This document shows positions 12,554-25,354 of a stretch of 64,000 nucleotides of DNA, piece by piece. A model generated the notes under the pieces. The model saw only the letters and a list, made by a program, of their open reading frames with translations. It did no database searches and was not told where the DNA came from. Made by a program: the position numbers and the translations under genes. This DNA is from Camelus dromedarius. Its lineage: Eukaryota. The stretch lies in NCBI RefSeq assembly GCF_036321535.1, contig NC_087447.1, forward strand, positions 52,516,001 to 52,580,000, in the 5' to 3' direction. Position 1 is the stretch's first letter, and every line of letters begins with the position of its first letter.

Positions 12554-12708
12554 CAGTCGTCCCTCAGAAGGGATTGGTTCCAGGCCCCCCATGGATAGAT
12601 ACCCAGATCCATGGATGCTCAAGTCCTTTATATAAAATGGCTGTAGTACAGTCAGCCCTCCTCATGTGCAGGTGCAGAACCCGTGGATACAGAGAGCAGG
12701 GCCGACTG
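12554..12708 (+). mobile_element. Short MER2-related Tigger (Tc1/mariner) MITE
   Basis: TIRs cagtcgtccctc / gggccgactg, preceded by TA; ggattggttccagg...ggatgctcaagtcctttatataaaatgg. Confidence 0.8.
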
Positions 12709-13299
12709 TGTTGTCTGGCAGCCCCCTCCCTAACCACCCTGGAGCAGAGGGGATTGCTAGCTGTGCCCTCTGTACCCATTTGCTCACATTGGGCACCCTG
12801 GGTGGGCAGTTCCGGCCTGGAGCCTCAGGTCCATGGCCCAGCACACAGGACGTGCTAGGAGAATGTGGGCTGGGAGAGAAAGATGGGATGGATTATGGGG
12901 ATTTTCTCAGCAGCTGCCACCTCTTCCTGTCAACAGTTTGAGCAAGAACAAACTGTGACCGTTCTGGCCAAGGACAGGAAAGGACTGTCTGTTTGAGCTT
13001 CTGGACCTACAAGTTGAATCAGAGGCTGTGGACCCAGCCAGGCCCATGGGGATGTGCATTTCAGGTAAGTTCAAAAGTTCCAAAGTTCAGGGCAAAAAAG
13101 AGGTTGTCCTCTCCACCGGCTCCCCACCTGGGAGGACGGGTGGGATGTCTGCTTTGGAAGGGTGACACCAGAATCTGGGACCAGGTATCAGAGACATGTC
13201 CTTTGTTGGCAAAGCACCTGCCCCTGCTTTGCCAGGCTATGAAGCTGTGGCCATTTTCCTGCGCCCATGCCATGAAGGATCTCCCTTCCTCTTTCAGGG

Positions 13300-13700
13300 C
13301 TAACTCATTCACCAAAAGGGCATCTGCTCCATCCAGCAACAAGCATTCTTGGCGCCTCCTCAGTGTGCTAAGGCGTACACGGGGCACAGGGGACACAGAG
13401 ACAGGTTAGACCATGGGCCCACCCTTGGGAGCCCACTCTCTAGAGGGGACACTGCCATGGGAACCCAAATTCAATATGGCACCACACATGCAACAGATGC
13501 TGTGTGCATATGCACAAAGGGCTCGGGTAAAGGGGGTGGGAGGGTGGGTCAAGGAAGGCCCCAGAGAGGAGGTGTGGCAGAAGCACACCTGTGAAGAAAT
13601 TTGCTGTATGGAATCAGTATGAGAAAAGTACTCCAGGCAGAGGGGTCAGTGCAAAGATGCAGAGTTTTGAGAAGTATTGTCCATGTGGGGAACCCTAAGT
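13300..13700 (-). mobile_element. L2 3' fragment
   Basis: catccagcaacaagcatt...tgtgctaagg...aggaaggccccagagaggaggtg. Confidence 0.6.
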
Positions 13701-16149
13701 TCACAATGGGAGGGCAAGGTGTTGAGCACAGACAGGTGGCAACCTGCCCATCCCCTGTGTGGGTGCAGAGGAGGTGGCCTCTTCTGCCCAACCACCAACA
13801 TGTTCTGCCATCAGCAATACTATCTTTGAATCCTTGAAGGGGACACATACACACATGTGAGCCTACCTGTGTCTGAAAATTTATATATACCTTTGTATAA
13901 ATAATATGAACATTCAAATTGTAGAATGTGGGTGGTTGAGCTCTGAGACATAGGGAACTTCTTAGAAACCCAGGGAGAGCTCAGTATGGTGGGGATTTTG
14001 GCCTGGCAAGGGGCACAGGGAGAGCTGAACTGAGAGAGACCCGGTTTTGACTCGGTTTCAGTCTCTGTTCTAGGGAGGCTGTATATGATTGGGCAGGTTG
14101 TTCACTGCTCAAGGACATACAGCTGATGGGAGTGATTCAGGGCTGGGATCACCTGTGTTTACCTGGGGAGGGGAGGAGCACCATTTCCCAATTCATACAA
14201 AAGGGCTGCCTGGGCTCCGCCGGTCAGGCTGGCTATGGTCAGGTAGAGATTCTTTTAAATGGAGGAACTGGCTCAGATGACTTCTCAAGTCCCTTCCAGC
14301 ACTAATATTACACACACACACATTGAAGTATGTGGACTTGGTTTCCTGATTGGTCAGGGAGGATCATTCCTACAGCATCATCTTCTGGTTTGGCCAGGCT
14401 GAACGCCCCACCTGTCTGCTGTCCTTCTCCAGGGATCCCACCAGGGTCCTCCTTGTCTCTCAAGGCAGAGCCCTGTTTCCTCTAGGAAACCTTCCAGCTA
14501 CCCCTGCCGCCTTTCCACATGCCACTCCCAGGTCACTTATTTTTAAATGTCCTCGGAGCACCAGCCCACCCTCCCTGATGAGAGTAAGGTGAAGATCAGA
14601 TCTCACTGCCATTGAGCACCAACTTGTCCTGGGAGGGAGAGACGCTGAAATGGGAATTCTTAGGTCCTCGCTGGCTTCAGCAACATCCAGGCCTCTATTC
14701 AAAGTGAACCACCCTCTCAGATGGGAGCAGAGCCTGATTGTGAAGGTCAGCGAAACACACTTGATGGCTGTGCAAAAGCAAAGATGAAAATCTACTCCTT
14801 GTTTTATTATTGCTGTGAGTGAGAAAGCCTCCAGCCCTGGGGGTCAGAGTTGGCTAAGGGACAGGGATATAGCTGGACTTCATTCAGAAAAGGAAGGGGT
14901 AGGAGGAGAAGAGGGAGGGCCATCTGGGAGCAGTTGCAAGACCCAGGGAGGAAAAGTATGGAGAAGAAAATTCATGTCCTTCACATCCCGATTCTCTGAA
15001 CTTCGTGGGATTTTGTCTGAGTTACTCTCTGCCGCCTACTGGATTGGTGGTGGTGGTGGTATTGTGTTGGGGGCGGGGAGCTTCAGATTTTATGAAATCC
15101 ATTTTAATCACCCTCTGCAATCCACAACACTCTGTAATTACAAGGCTCTTATGCTCAAGTACAAAAAAAACTTACCAAGAAAGCAACATTAAGCTTGCAA
15201 GCGGAAACATGAAAATTCATGAAACGCACAATTAAGGATCCAATGACAATGTTAACTCTCCCCTTTGCCAGCCAGGCACTGGGGATTACCAACAAAATAG
15301 GCAAATCTAAACCCTGAGGCGTCTGCCACCGACCACTGGGATCTGTGACCCCACCACACCTGCTCTCTCCGTGGATTCCAGTTTGCTACTGACTCCATTT
15401 GCTATTGCCATAGGCTGTCCAGGGGCCAGGGTGGGGCATGTCTAGACTTAGAGGGCAGGCGCCAAAGAACTGTGTTTGAGAAATGACCCCAGTGCTTGCT
15501 GTCATCTGCAGAATCCCTGAAAGACAGGGCTGGACTCCAGTGTTCTTTCCCACAGGTCAAGGAAATTCAAAAGGGGTGGGGTTTGTGGTCACCTCCCATC
15601 AGAGTGGCCCCAGCTCCCAACCTGTCCTCTAACCCCTTAATCCAGGGCCTCCTCGGTTCTCTCTTCCAGGACACTAAGTGCCTCTGTCTCAGTCCCTGCT
15701 GCCAACCATGTACCCCCAGTCTGCTCTATAAGCTGGCTTCCAGCCAGTCTCCCTAACCAAGCATTTAAGAAGTCCCCCTTGTCCTCTTCCCATATCATGT
15801 GGGAAGCAGGACAAGAAGTTGTAGCTGAAGTATGATCTGAACTGTGTTACACAGAAAAAACAAACACAAAATTCAGAGAGAAGGAAATTAACCAAATGTT
15901 CACTGGTTACTTCTGGATTTGGTACCTGCAGGGCAGGAGGGAGGAGGAGGAAGAGATTAACTGGCTTTCTTACTTGTGCAAATTTTCACAATGACTATAG
16001 CTTACAGTCAGGAAAAAAAAAAAAAAAAAAGAAATAAACCTTCAATGTTACCGCTGTTCCAAATCCTTCTGTAGTTTCTTATTTTCTACATGACAAAATA
16101 GAAACCCTGAGCCTGGTACTTACAATCTTTTAAGATCTGGTCCTTGCTG

Positions 16150-16325
16150 CAGGGCCAGCTGCATGGATGTGTGACCTGTGTAGTCACACAGGGTCCTGCA
16201 CTCAGAAGGGCCCATGCTCGGATGAATGTTCTGCTATGTCTATCTTGCAAATCTTAATAATTTTTGAACAAGGGATCCGTATTTTTGTTTTGCACTTTAC
16301 CCCACAAATTATGTAATTGGACCTG
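16150..16325 (+). mobile_element. MER91A-like hAT-Tip100 MITE
   Basis: cagggccagctgcatgg...gtgacctgtgtagtcacacaggg...ttaataatttttgaacaaggg...aaattatgtaattggacctg. Confidence 0.8.
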
Positions 16326-16489
16326 TTCATCAGAGTATGCTCATCAAGAGAAACCAGAGTCTAATTATTCAGAACAGAACAATGCAGACAGCCTGTGGAC
16401 TACTGTGTCCGGTGAGGGTCTCCAGGCTATGGCCAGGACGGTCATGAGATCTGGGGATGTTGAGCCTGGATATGCAAGAGCCAGGGGAC

Positions 16490-17200
16490 CCTGAGCAAAT
16501 GTTTACTGAGCACCTCAACCTCTCTTCTGGGCTCTAGGAACACAGTCATGAACAAAGCAGGCCAAGTCCCCGCTCTATCAAGCTTCAGTGCTAGTCCGCA
16601 GAGACAGACAATAAACAACCAGTTATCTATGTTGGACAGTGCTATGAAGAAAAATGAATCAGGATGAGGGAGACACAAAGGGCTGGAGGAGAGGGGCACA
16701 CTATTTGATTTGTGACTTGAAAGGAAGTGAATAAACACTTGGATGATGGAGATGTGGAAGATGTAGACACACACACAGAAAATTACAGTACACTGTGGGG
16801 TTGGCCATGGAGATACTCAGCGGGAGCATCAGTGAGGAGCAACCTGCTCAGCCTGGAGTGGGCAGAGGAAGGGGCTGGGGAATCACTCAACTTTCAGTCA
16901 TCTCCACCTCTTTGGCCTGACTCCCAAACCAGTGGAGACCACATCGTACTGACTACTGACGTTAGCAGTGTTCCTTCTGTTCCCACTCCCATAGACTGGC
17001 GCAGGTCTTCATGTTGCCTGAATCACTGCAATAAACTCGATATTTCATCTCATGCTACACCCTCTCCTGGGTGACTGCATCTACCCTTGCGTCTGCAGCC
17101 TGAGTCTTACCCTCCAGCCCTGACCTCTTTCTTGAACTCCAGATCTCAGTACCGATCTGCCTTTGTTCCCAAGGAATCCTAGTGTCTGAAAGAAGGCGAG
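16490..17200. mobile_element. L2 fragments (- ~16490-16870; + ~16890-17200)
   Basis: caaatgtttactgagcacct...ctaggaacacagtcatgaacaaagcag; ctccagccctgacctctttcttgaactccaga. Confidence 0.7.
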
Positions 17201-17619
17201 GCTTTCTGACCTTCCAGCTGGCCTCAGATGCTGTTCTATTCAGGCCTTTCAGGGTGCTTGCCCAGGTCACAAGAACCTTGTTAGCTCGGTAGGGAAACTG
17301 AGGCACAGAGTCAGACTCTGGGGAATTTTCCCCATCCTGGGGTCAAGATATGAGCTCAACTTTTCCAGAAACTTAAATTCATCAGTGTCTCGGTGCTAAT
17401 GGGATCTGAAGACATTTGGAACGTTCACACAAGACTGAAGCACAAGGCAGAACATCAGTATATTGATTGACACTGAGAAACAAAACCATCCACGTTAGTC
17501 TGACCGGAGCTTTCTACCTAGGAAGCCAAGTCATCCTCTGAAGGTCGTTGGGTAAACACGGTAGATTACAAACGGCATCCTTCACTTGCTCTGTGATGCT
17601 CGGGGTAGGGATCCAACAT

Positions 17620-18290
17620 TCATTATATATAAATCCCCAATGTTTATGCCCACTCCACAGATGAAGGAACTGAAATGCAAAGAGGCTAAGTAGCTTGCCC
17701 TAGCTCAAATAGCTCGTAAGCAGTAGAGCTGGGATTCAAATTCAGTACCGAAGCCTGTTTGGCTCACCACTGACAGATACTGAATACATGGTATTGCTGC
17801 AGAGGAAAGAGCGATAAGCTTTTGTCCAAGTCGATGTTTAAACATACCCGTGACGGTGCTCTGAGACAGTGCTACCACCACCCAGATGGGAAGGAGTATT
17901 CTTGGAAACCTCTCCCCAAATGAATCTTTATAATCAGGGTTTTATGTTAAATGCACCGTATGAAAGTTGCTTTTCAAAGGACTCCTCCTGTAAAGCAAGT
18001 AAATGATTTTGTTTCTGAAAATGAATAATCAACTCTGATTTACCTACTCCACAGTAAATCTCCTAGAGTGAAAAAGATATTGTCTGGGGCCAGGTAGACC
18101 TCACAATCCAATTCCACATCAACATTAGCCATGCTGCTTGGACACGTGAGTCTCCTAACTTCGGTCTTCCTTATCTGTGAAATAGTGATGACAGTATATA
18201 CCTCACAGGGCTTCTTAGGGGAAAAGAGAGGAAATTTGTGTGAAATGCTTAGCATGGATCTACAAATGATAAGCACAATTTTTATTTTTT
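17620..18290. mobile_element. MIR fragments (- ~17620-17785; + ~18080-18290)
   Basis: cagatgaaggaactgaaatgcaaagaggctaagt; cttccttatctgtgaaatagtgatgacag. Confidence 0.7.
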
Positions 18291-18999
18291 AGGTAATCTG
18301 AATTAACTATTCAGTTCAGCAACTCAAGTTACTGCTGTCATTACCACCACTACCACCAACCACCACCACCATCATCGTCATTTCTGTTTGCCCATCCAAT
18401 TTAGCTATTTATTTTGCTGTGATGATGCTGTTGGTATTGCAGCTGTTCAGTCTGCTGTCGAATTCAACACAGCGTTTGTAATAAAACCCTGACCTGAATG
18501 TCGACTGGTGTCCTGACCACATGGTGCCCACCTTCTCTCCTTCATCAGCTCTCTCTCTCTCTTTTCATCTCATACTGGATGCGCTGCAGGGGACTCGGAT
18601 TTCATTGTCTCTGAGGGACAGAAAGATTTTCTGATTGGGTCAGGCGGGCAGGTGGCTAGTTCCAAGGCTGGTTTAGAGTCCATGTGATGTCAAAGAGCCC
18701 CAGTCTCTAGGAGACACTGTCCTTTAGGTGCGATGAGCATGACTGGACCTTGCCTAATTGTGGCTGGCCAGGAAGGGCTGTCAGGGGCTTGGCTCTGAGC
18801 ACCAGGTTGGGTCCAAACACAACCTTGGCTCAGTCAAGGCTCTGCTTCCTCTAAGGATCCTGGAGGAGAAGTACAACCAAACTTTCCACTGCCTCAAATG
18901 AAGTTCAAGTCCAACAGAAGGAGTAGCTTTCTGCACATTCTCCCTGGAGAGTGGCAGCCACCTGCCCCAGCCATCTGTAGGTTAAAATCTGCTCAAATG

Positions 19000-19165
19000 G
19001 GTACAGTGAGGCTCTGCTTTGTCTTGGTTTTGTGACCTGAGGTAAGTCATTTAACTTTTCTAAGCCTCAGTTTCTTCATCTGTTAAATGGGTATACTCAT
19101 CTCCCAAGGGTAAATAGGATCAAATGGAATAATTCATAATTAGCTATCGACAAGCATTAGTTCCC
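19000..19165 (+). mobile_element. MIR SINE
   Basis: tgtgacctgaggtaagtcatttaacttttctaagcctcagtttcttcatctgttaaatggg. Confidence 0.85.
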
Positions 19166-19395
19166 CCCCACCTTCCCTTTGGACATATCTTTGTAAGAAA
19201 CATAGATTAAAAATGGTTATGAGAGGAGGAACATAGATTAAAAATGGTTATTAAAAATGTAAATGACAAAGAGAAAAGAAACATCAGTTTTTGTGCATGT
19301 ACTACATGCGGGGCATTGTGCTAGGCCCTTTACAGATACTAGATTATGCCATTCTCAGAATGACTCTGGAGGGAAGATTTTACTGAATCCTTTCT

Positions 19396-20720
19396 CAAAA
19401 AAATTGTGGTAAAATAAATATAACATAAAATTCACCATTATTAACTATTTTAAAGCATATAGTTCTGTGGCATTAAGTACATTCATTCACTTTCTTATGT
19501 AACTATCACCACCATACAGAACTCATTTCATAATGCAAAACAGAAACTCCTGTACATGTGAAACAAAAACTCCCCATCCCAGTCCTGCCAGCTCGTGGCA
19601 ACCACCATTCTACTCTGTCTCTATGATTTAATTATCTTAGGTACCTCGCAAGGGGCATCATACAGTATTTGTCCTTTTGTGACTGATTTATTTCACTTAG
19701 TATAATGTCCTCAGGATTCATCCATGTTGTATCATGTGTCAGGCCCTTCTTTTTAAAGGCTGACTAATATTCCATTGTATGTATATGCCACATTTTGTTT
19801 ATTCATTTATCCACCGATGGACACTTGGATTGCTTTCACCTCTTGGCTATAGTGAATAATGTTGCTGAAATGGAGCAGAACCCTATGGGGCCTTCCCAGG
19901 AGAGACCCCCTCCACCCCACATCCTCTGCCTGACTCTTGTCTGTAGAAAGACTTTAGTCAAAGAAAAAGTTTAATCAGAGAAATAAGAAAATACAGAAAC
20001 AGAAGGAAATAGTAAAGCAAAACAAAATAGTAATTGTTTAGTCATTAAACAAAGTCAAGGATCTTTAGCTCTTCCTCAAGGGCTATAGATAATATTCTGA
20101 GCCATGTCCTTTGAGCTGTCTTGTAGATATTGAAACCCCCACCAGGTGGAAGAAGTTAATTACGTGATGCCCAGACTTTAGCCATGATATAAGCTGCTGC
20201 AATTTCGAGAACTGGCTTGAAGGAAATGGGAAAAAACCAACCCTGGAAATGAAGATTAACTGTACTTAAAACAATCAAGATGACGCTGGTCAGACCCCTG
20301 GAAGACTAATTTGAAGAGGACTCTCAGAGCTGACTGTGTTGTTCACATGTAGCCCCCTCCCTCTGTCTAAACATCCCTGAAATTCCCCTTTAAAAGCTCT
20401 TGCCCACTGTTAGCGGGGGTTTGGGGAGTGGGAATTGGCCTTTGGACAGGAGTCTGCCTCCCCCCGCCCTGCCCCCGACGCCAGCCTCTGGAATAAAGCA
20501 AACTTTCCTTTCTACCAACATGTGCCTCTCTTTGTACTGGCTTTCAAGTGGCAAGCAGCCAGACCTGTGTTTGTGAGCATCCAAATATCTATTCAAGTCC
20601 CTGCCCTCAATTCTTTTGAGTATATACCCAGAAGTGGAATAGCTTTCATCGCATGCTAATTCTGTACTTTTTTTTTTTTGTTTTGAGGAATCATCATACT
20701 GTTTTCTATAGTAGTTGTAG
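19396..20720 (-). mobile_element. L1MB-like 3' end, split by an ERV LTR
   Basis: aattgtggtaaaata...ggcaaccaccattctact...tttcacttagtataatgtcctcaggattcatccatgttg; degenerate TSD gattttactgaatcctttct (19376-19395) / gattttacctaatcccttttt (20721-20741). Confidence 0.85.
19866..20579 (+). mobile_element. ERV1-like solo LTR (~710 bp), artiodactyl-type
   Basis: Starts tgaaatggagcagaaccct; tttaaaag TATA-like at ~20388; aataaagcaaactttcctttc at ~20492; interrupts L1; 3' end and TSD not resolved. Confidence 0.75.
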
Positions 20721-22449
20721 GATTTTACCTAATCCCTTTTTAGAGATGATCTATCTGAGGTTGAGCGGCTAAGCAACAGGCCTGAGGCCACACAGCTTAG
20801 GAAGTGGCATTCTGGTACCAGTCTGAGTCCAGCATGGCCTCATTCTACAGAGTAGCAGTTCCCAAAGCCAGGGCTCAGCTAGGAACAGCAGAATCATCAA
20901 GCATACTTGTTGATCACATAGATTCCTGGATCCCCGGGTCTAGAGAAGCAGACCTGGGCAGCCAGGTTTGATAGCCATTGTTTATTATTGGGATAATGAC
21001 CATTATTGTTGTCCTTGTTGTTATCCAGACATCTTCCTCCTAATTACTCCTTACCCAGAGTAGCTTACTGATTTGTAAACATCTGGAAACAGCGAGGAAT
21101 GTAAGGGTTACCAGGCAGTCTCAACCCTGGGTTTGCTCTCCAGCAATTGCTGGCTTTCAAAGGGCGACACATTTAGCGTTCTAATCAACCAGGCATCAGC
21201 CAGGCGCCTGCCCGGGCCTTTCTTCGATTCCTGACTAACACTCATTAAGCAGCTCAAGCCAATGTGTTCCTAAGTAGGTGTGTGTAGAGGCAGGCTGTTG
21301 GCATTTTAATCTCATTAGTGAGTTGAAGCTCTGAGACGCAGTAGCCACAGCAGCCTCTCGGGCCTGTGGGGTGAAACTCCTCACACCCCGAGACTGGCTA
21401 CACGGCCCTCTGCCTCTGCTGTTTCCCACCCATCTTCTCCAGCTTTGCATCCTCTCCTGGGCCGGAAGCAAAAGACGCTGGGAAACCAGAGCTTGCTGGC
21501 CTCCAGGGCGCTGGCTGCAGAGAGCTGGATAACCAGCTCAGGTAACCAGGCTGCCTCTATCCCTGGACAGATATGGAGTTGTCTACCCCAGTCTGACTTG
21601 TCGAGTTGGCACCAGGCCACAGGCACTGCTCCCTGAATTCAACTCTCTGTGTCCCTTCCCCCATCAATACTCTTGATAGAAGCCAGACGAGGCTGTGGGG
21701 CCTTGGGAAAGAAACATCTAGAGGCAGCTTTCCCAGCACAAAGCCCTCATTGTTGGCGGAGAAGGGCATTGGGAGAGGCAGAGGGAGTGCTTATCTTTTG
21801 TCAGTGCCAGACATCTTAAAGGACTCCAGTGAAAAATGACCTTATAAACTAAAAGATAGGGGAACATGCAAACTATGTAACTATGACTGTCTTCTTTCTA
21901 GGGACGGAAAGAGCTGGGGCTTTCTCTGAAAATGTTTGTAGAAACACACATATGAACACATACACACACTTACTATTCTGCTCAAAGTAAATCGAGAGGC
22001 AAATGTAAAACAGACTCATCCATCCATCCATTCAACCATTTTTTCCATCCATCCATCCATCCGTTTATTCAAACATTAACTTTGTGCTTACCATGGACCT
22101 TGAACTATGCTAGAGGAAACAGCAATAATCCTAGATCAGAGGTTTCTAATGGGGATATATTATTCCTAGAACAATCTAGGAACCTGTATTTAGGCTTACC
22201 AAGCATGGCCTATAAGTGAATCAATGTTTTGTACAACATATGTAGGGGCTATTATGATGAATATACACCGAGTTCAAGCATGACTGAATCCACAGCAGCT
22301 TGTTGTCACTTTTTTTGTTGTAGCTTTTCTCAGCCAGTGAAAGCCAAAAGTATAAATACTAACCACTGGGAGATTCGGACACAGTCTAGACAAAAGTGCA
22401 CAATCATAATGGATGGTTTTATGAATGGAGATACTCACAATCATAACCA

Positions 22450-22850
22450 CAATAACTAACTAAATAAATAAGTTATGTGTTGGGCATTACTCTAAGTGCT
22501 TTACTTGTTAATCCCACTACAAATCTCTGAGATAGACATTACCACTACTCCATTTTATAGATGATGAAGCTGACCATGCAGAGCTTCCGTAACCCACCCA
22601 AGGTCACACAGCAGTAAGGGCAAAGGTGGGAGTTAGACTTGGGAAGTACAGGTGCGGAGTTAGTACTTTGAACTCTCCTTGTCAGGATGGGCAGGGTCAT
22701 CTTGCCCAAGCATACCCATTTTAAAGATGGGGAGACTGAGACTTAGAGAGGCCATGTGATATGTCCAAAGGGACTCACATGGTGAGTTCTTGAGGCAATT
22801 GCGGTAAGAACTCAGCTTTCCTGTTTTCCATTCTGGTTTCATTATTGTTT
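22450..22850 (-). mobile_element. Two MIR fragments
   Basis: ccattttatagatgatgaagctga...aaggtcacacagc; cccattttaaagatggggagactgagacttagagagg. Confidence 0.8.
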
Positions 22851-23339
22851 AAATAAGCCTGACTTCATGCCAAAATTAAAGTCAAAATAACCTGAACTTG
22901 GGGAAAAAAGAAAGGCAAGAGACACTAAAGTTCCAGGTAAAATAAACACTGGCTTCTTGTACAAACTAGAGCAGTTTTCTTTTCCTGGGTTGTCCCTTTG
23001 TCCAGGATTTCCATGGGAGAAATTCCTGACATGTGGGAAGGAAGACCCAGGTTGTGCAGAAGGTATCAGGGACTCGGGGCTCTCAGCAAGAGTCGCTTTA
23101 TTTCAGGCATAAAGGACCTCTTGGTGGAGCAGCCCAGCTCTTCCCTGGACTAGATGGACTTCATTTCTCTCTACTGGCATCTCACAGCCCACACAGCCAG
23201 GAAACCCTAGGAATGAAGGCCCTCCCTCTGAGCAAGTAGGGCCCAATTAAATCCCAACGATCTGTCTCTGGCCACTGGGTGCTGTGCCAGACTGAGAGGC
23301 TGGCTTGGGAAGCCAGTTTGTTGGATGATGGGTCTTAGG

Positions 23340-23540
23340 GAGGCAGCAGGTGGCAGTGGAAAGAATTTGGAGCCTGACAATGCTGGATAGGAATTCTGGA
23401 TCTATTGAACACACTGGCTGTGTGACTATAGACAGGTTTCCTAACTACTCTGGGCATGAGTTTCTAAATCTATAAAACGAGGATAATACATTCTTTGTTT
23501 ATGAGTGAACATATGCAAAACACTTAGCACATGTTTGCTG
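23340..23540 (+). mobile_element. MIR SINE
   Basis: ctggctgtgtgactataga...agtttctaaatctataaaacgaggataatac. Confidence 0.7.
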
Positions 23541-24560
23541 TGAACATTGAGAATATAAGGATATATCAGTGTTTTCCAAGCCTTTTATCATAGAAGAGCC
23601 ACTTTTTACTTTCTCTAAACAAAATCTGGAGTAGAATTCTAGTGTCTAGAGGAGATGGAGGGCAGTGTCTGGGTTGGGGGCTCAGGGTTTTGCCTATTTC
23701 GCCTCCTTTCCTCCCACGGTGGCCTTGAGGTTCCTCTAGGGAATTGGACTAGGAGATCACTGGCCCTCTTTTAGCTGTAATTAAGAAAGAGAAAGAAAGG
23801 AAAGAAGGAAGGAGAGAAGGAAAGGAAGAAGGGAGGGAGAGAGAAAGGAAAATCATAGTCTTGTCTGTTGCTAACTGGGATTTATGTTTGTTGAGCATCA
23901 TCACAAAGATGAACTCGGCCCCGACCCTCATGGGCCAGACCAGGAATAGGTAAAAGCTGAAGGTTGATTTAAAAGGAATCAAGGGGGGGCGCTCTATGGG
24001 AACCCAAAGTGGGGGTTCTGATTTGGCTGAGCCATCAGAGAAGCTGGGACCTGGAAGATGAGGAAGATGGTGGCTTGGACTTGCTCACTGGTGGCAGTGC
24101 AAGAGGGAAGGGATGGATTCTGGAGGTTTTGGAGATGACATCACTAAGACGTGGTGACCCACTGGACATGAGGCCATGACAGAGAGTGTGCTCTCAAGGG
24201 TGACACCCAGGTGTCTGGCCCGTAAACCAGGTGTGATACCGAAGGTAGGGGCTGTAGACAAGATTCCACCAGCTCCATGGTCAGAACATGCACGCTGCAC
24301 CCTGTGCCCACTGCTCACATGACTGTCCATCCTTCCCAAGGAGACAGAGGCAGGAGGACCACTGCCACTGCACCCCACGGGAAACAGCAAGGTCAGGAGA
24401 AGCCTACACTGCCTACAACACATCTGCAGGCAGAGCGATCCTGGAAAGTACAGCAGCTGCTTGCAGTCAATTAATAATAGATGCGCTGGACTCCTTCAGA
24501 AATATTTATCCAGCCGGGGTGGTCAAAGGCTAACAACCGGGAACGGAACCTGAGCCTTAC

Positions 24561-24674
24561 CTCCAACAGCCCTGACCACCGAAAATGAAGAAGAACCATC
24601 CTGGTCCTGCCCGATGCTGGTGGAAGGAAAACAAATGTGCAGATTGCCTCGCTCAGAAACATGAGGACTGCAGT
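24561..24674 (-). other. Candidate 114-nt exon of an unidentified - strand transcript
   Basis: Acceptor ttcctcttcccagtgtttccccgcag, donor GAG|gtaagg, non-repeat context; no protein recognised. Confidence 0.2.
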
Positions 24675-24749
24675 CTGCGGGGAAACACTGGGAAGAGGAA
24701 CTGGGACAAAGGCCTGGGAAGTAGCAACTGGAAGCACCAACAAATGAGG

Positions 24750-24985
24750 ATTGCTAGTGGTTATGTGGCGCCTACTGCATGCCCCTGTCTGAGGGCCATG
24801 CCTATAGGCCGTGCCTGAATCCTGGGCTCCAGGAAAGCTGGGCTCTATTTTTAGGCCTATTTTGTAGATGGAAGCGATGAGACACAGAAAGGTTAAGGCA
24901 ACTTGCCCAAGGTACTAGCTAGGACATGACGGGGCTGGGATTCAAGGCAGTCTGGCTCCACAGTATGTGACCTTAAGCCACTTGG
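24750..24985 (-). mobile_element. MIR SINE
   Basis: ttttgtagatggaagcgatgagacacagaaaggttaaggcaacttgcccaaggt. Confidence 0.8.
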
Positions 24986-25354
24986 TCTTTGTTGCCTCCT
25001 GTTGCCTTTTCCAAAATAGTCAAATGTGGGGGGAGCAGCAAGTAAGAGGAAAGAGCCCTTACATTTAACTGCCAAAAAGGCACACTTACCCAGCATCATT
25101 GTTCCACATACCCTCTGTCTCCAGCCTCTGCTGAGAACCCCAGACTCTTTTCACCAGCAATGCAAGAGCCATTCTTTCATTTATTAATTATTTACCAAGC
25201 ACTTGTGGGGGGCCAGACCTTGTGCGAGGTTCAGACTGGGCCTTACAGAGTGTGCACAAACACTGCCTCCCCTAGGGAGCTCTCCCTGTGTCCTCCCACG
25301 CAGAGCCCGCTTCTCCCTCCTTAGAGCTCCCAACCACCCTCAGGCCATCTCTAG

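Larger units (their letters stand above)
19290..20850 (-). mobile_element. MIR SINE split by L1MB (arms ~19290-19395 and ~20721-20850)
   Basis: cattgtgctaggccctttaca | tttttagagatga...ctgaggttgag...gccacacagct. Confidence 0.7.
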
